Part shown: piece after piece, positions 61,401-64,000 of the stretch
How positions within the stretch are numbered: the stretch's first letter is position 1
How the letters are laid out: the number at the start of each line of letters is the position of its first letter
NCBI GenBank assembly: GCA_965216565.1
Contig: OZ244170.1
Location: 2,976,001-3,040,000 of the forward strand
Length of the DNA: 64,000 nt
Reading direction: 5' to 3'
Source: Bythopirellula sp.
Lineage (GTDB): Bacteria; Planctomycetota; Planctomycetia; Pirellulales; Lacipirellulaceae
Made by a program: the position numbers and the translations under genes
Notes under the pieces: model-generated
The model's database searches: none
Seen by the model: the letters and a program-made list of their open reading frames with translations, nothing else
Told to the model about the DNA's origin: nothing

Positions 61401-62264
61401 ATGTCGGCAAGCTCGCAGCTTTCCTCTCCACAAATCAGCCAATTCGACTCCGTCGAGCAAGATCCGTGGCCGCAGCGATCGCGAAGTGCCACGCAGATTG
61501 TCGTGCTTGCTCTGACGGGATTGTTGATTGCTATCGGCGTGCTCTTCGCGGTGCGCCGGATGTGGGGTTCGTTCGTAAATGAGTTGCCGCCTCAGACGAT
61601 GCTGCTCACCGCGGTTGTCGCGACTGCGATTGCTACCTTCTCGAGAATCGCCTGGCGAAGGGTCCGACCGCTCCGACTTACCATGGAATGTGGAAACAAT
61701 TGGACCGATTACTTCGTCGGTTGGGGCACGTCGGTTGGCTTGTTGCTATTGGCGGTAGGTTGTTGCTTTCCCGCCTATCACAACAGCGACTGGCTAATTT
61801 GGCTGCCAATGCTCGTTGCGGATCAATTCTGGCGTCAATCCTATTTCGATGCCGGCAAACCGGGTAGCGACATGGAAATTGATTCTGCCGAGGAAATGAT
61901 CGACGCACCCACGACGTTGCCACTGGAAGCAAGAAGCGGCGTCGAGGAGCTGGAAGACAATCAAGAAATAGTCCAGCAGCTCTATCGTGTGCGTGGCGAT
62001 GATGGTGAAGAACTGATTTATGGGACGCTCCGTGCCGATTTTCATCCCGGCCAACGGACCGCAGTCTTGCACGTGGGCTTTTGCCCTCCCCTCCCCTACC
62101 TGCCCGAGATCGAAGCCGATCCGCTGCCGAGCAGTTCCGCGCGGCTGAAAGTCGTGCAATCTTTGGCCCACGGCACCCGTCTCGATGTTCGCCTCAGCGA
62201 AATCCCAAAGACCGACTGCCACCTGTGGATCGACATGTCCGCCACACCAGTCCAATCGGCGTAG
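61401..62264 (+). CDS. Hypothetical membrane protein
   Basis: About 4 TM segments followed by a beta-rich C-terminal domain (HVGFCPPL). Confidence 0.75.
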   Translation: MSASSQLSSPQISQFDSVEQDPWPQRSRSATQIVVLALTGLLIAIGVLFAVRRMWGSFVNELPPQTMLLTAVVATAIATFSRIAWRRVRPLRLTMECGNNWTDYFVGWGTSVGLLLLAVGCCFPAYHNSDWLIWLPMLVADQFWRQSYFDAGKPGSDMEIDSAEEMIDAPTTLPLEARSGVEELEDNQEIVQQLYRVRGDDGEELIYGTLRADFHPGQRTAVLHVGFCPPLPYLPEIEADPLPSSSARLKVVQSLAHGTRLDVRLSEIPKTDCHLWIDMSATPVQSA

Positions 62265-62294
62265 GATTGCCCTACCCCATACCTCAGACTCGCG

Positions 62295-62323
62295 TTGTGA
62301 GGGTTCTCGAGCCGCAGTATAAT
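62295..62323 (+). promoter_or_regulatory. Sigma70-type promoter for ispF-cysS
   Basis: TTGTGA-17-TATAAT. Confidence 0.65.
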
Positions 62324-62407
62324 TCGCGCAAGCTAGGAAGCATGCAAAGACCGCGTCGGGCTTGGCGTAATCGCTCGGCGGTTCAGCACCAGAACCAGTA
62401 AACCAAC

Positions 62408-62899
62408 TTGAGTAGCAATCCCCACAGAATCGGACTGGGCGAAGATACGCATCGGCTAGCCGAGGGAGGACCCTTGCGAATCGGCGGAGTCGACATTCCT
62501 CACGATCAACATGCCGTAGGCCACAGCGATGCCGACGTGTTGCTTCATGCCATCACCGATGCCCTCTTGGGCGCGGCCGGCTTGGGGGACATCGGCGAGT
62601 TGTTCCCAGACAACGATCCAGCGAATAAGGACCGCGATTCAGCCGAGATGCTCCAGCAGGCACAAAGTTCGGTCATGAAGGCAGGCTACGAAATCGTGAA
62701 CCTCGATTGCGTTTTGTCTGCCCAGCGACCGAAGATTGCTCCGCACAAGCAAACAATTCGTAAACAACTGGCTGAAATCATGAATCTCGACACCGACCAG
62801 GTAAATCTAAAAGCTAAGACGGGCGAAGGCGTCGGGCCCGTGGGACGATGTGAAAGTATCCAGGCAAGGTGTGTTGCCTTACTGAGCCGTAGGCGCTAG
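62408..62899 (+). CDS. ispF: 2-C-methyl-D-erythritol 2,4-cyclodiphosphate synthase
   Basis: RIGLGEDTH, GHSDADVLLHAITDALLGAAGLGDIG, KAKTGE. Confidence 0.96.
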   Translation: MSSNPHRIGLGEDTHRLAEGGPLRIGGVDIPHDQHAVGHSDADVLLHAITDALLGAAGLGDIGELFPDNDPANKDRDSAEMLQQAQSSVMKAGYEIVNLDCVLSAQRPKIAPHKQTIRKQLAEIMNLDTDQVNLKAKTGEGVGPVGRCESIQARCVALLSRRR

Positions 62900-62944
62900 C
62901 CTCGGGTGACTCACCCTTTTATCCCCAAGCAATACAATACCGCG

Positions 62945-64000
62945 ATGACTACTACCCAAACGAAGCAAGAACCGATGACCCTCTCCGATCCTCATCCGAG
63001 TTTGCAGATCTACAACTCCTTGACGAAGAACAAAGAGCCGTTCCGCACCGTCGAAGCGGACAAAGTCGGGATCTATCTCTGCGGACCCACCGTCTACGAC
63101 AAGGCGCACATCGGCCACATGGTGGGCCCCGTGATCTTCGACTGCATCAAACGCTATCTTACGTACTGCGGCTATGACGTGTCCTGGGTTGTGAACATCA
63201 CCGATGTCGATGACAAGCTCATCAAGAAAGCCAACGAACGCGGCATATCGATGATGGACGTCGCGGAGGAGAATATCGCCGACTACAACGAGAATCTCGC
63301 AGCCTTAGGCGTGGATCAAATCGATCACTTTCCACGAGCTACCGACTGCATGGATGAAATCATCGGCCTGATTGAATCTCTAGTCGACAAAGGTTTTGCC
63401 TACGCGTCGGAGGGCGACGTCTACTTTGAAGTGTCGAAAGACAACAGTTACGGCAAGCTTAGCAATCGTAGTGTCGATGCGATGCAAGGCGAGGGCGGCG
63501 GCACTGCGTCGCGCAAGCGAGGATTGGCGGACTTTGCTCTTTGGAAAACCGCCAAAGAAGGCGAGCCCGCCTGGGATAGTCCTTGGGGCAGTGGTCGACC
63601 CGGCTGGCATATCGAATGCTCGGCTATGAGCCGTAAGCTATTGGGCGAAACGTTCGACATTCACGGCGGCGGGCTCGACCTGGTTTTTCCTCATCACGAA
63701 AACGAAATTGCCCAAAGCGAATGCTGCCACGATCGCCCGATGGTTACCTACTGGGCCCACAATGGCTTGCTGCGTAGCGACCCCTCGGCCGGAAAGATTG
63801 GCGGCAAAGCGGAACGCGCCGGCTCCGACGAGGAGGCCGGCGGAAAAATGAGCCGCTCCAAAGGGGCGGGAGGTCTCGCCGAACTGATTGCCAGGCAAGG
63901 TGGCGAGCGAATTCGATTTTTCCTTTTGCGCACCCATTATCGCAGTACCGTACTATTCAGCGAACCCGCAATTGAAGAAGCCGGTGTTGGACTCGAAAGT
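62945..64000 (+). CDS. cysS: Cysteine--tRNA ligase, 5' part; runs off the window end
   Basis: Manual translation: [63 protein letters not shown]. Start is ATG 62945 or 62975. Confidence 0.97.
   Translation, partial: MTTTQTKQEPMTLSDPHPSLQIYNSLTKNKEPFRTVEADKVGIYLCGPTVYDKAHIGHMVGPVIFDCIKRYLTYCGYDVSWVVNITDVDDKLIKKANERGISMMDVAEENIADYNENLAALGVDQIDHFPRATDCMDEIIGLIESLVDKGFAYASEGDVYFEVSKDNSYGKLSNRSVDAMQGEGGGTASRKRGLADFALWKTAKEGEPAWDSPWGSGRPGWHIECSAMSRKLLGETFDIHGGGLDLVFPHHENEIAQSECCHDRPMVTYWAHNGLLRSDPSAGKIGGKAERAGSDEEAGGKMSRSKGAGGLAELIARQGGERIRFFLLRTHYRSTVLFSEPAIEEAGVGLES

Overview
This is a gene-dense chromosomal segment from a planctomycete. The assignment (probably Pirellulales) is inferred from the BBP7-type barrels, the PVC-type haem protein, the bL37-like ORF and the eukaryote-type UDP-HexNAc pyrophosphorylase. 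Housekeeping genes include a 5' part of a fatty acyl-AMP ligase, fabZ, trmB, purF, ppnP, proB, lexA, clpC, thiE, manC, ruvX, mrp, lpxB, cyaB, metK, ispF and a 5' part of cysS. Envelope and regulatory genes include a sigma54 two-component pair, a PP2C phosphatase, LptF/G, mlaEFD, three outer-membrane beta-barrels (one FapF-like) and an ECF sigma/anti-sigma/secretin-N operon. I saw no rRNA, tRNA, CRISPR array, integrase or transposase. Intergenic DNA carries several families of REP/MITE-like palindromes and 7-/9-mer tandem arrays, often nested. The best leads are a promoter-plus-terminator-bounded ~65-nt structured RNA upstream of mrp, a structured metK leader, tandem Verrucomicrobia-type LexA boxes, an orphan FapF-like pore with Trp-Pro repeats, a 71%-basic histone-H1-like protein that avoids AAA-AAA codons, and a 32-aa bL37-like ORF missed by the ORF track. 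All calls were made by eye from motifs; no database searches were run.
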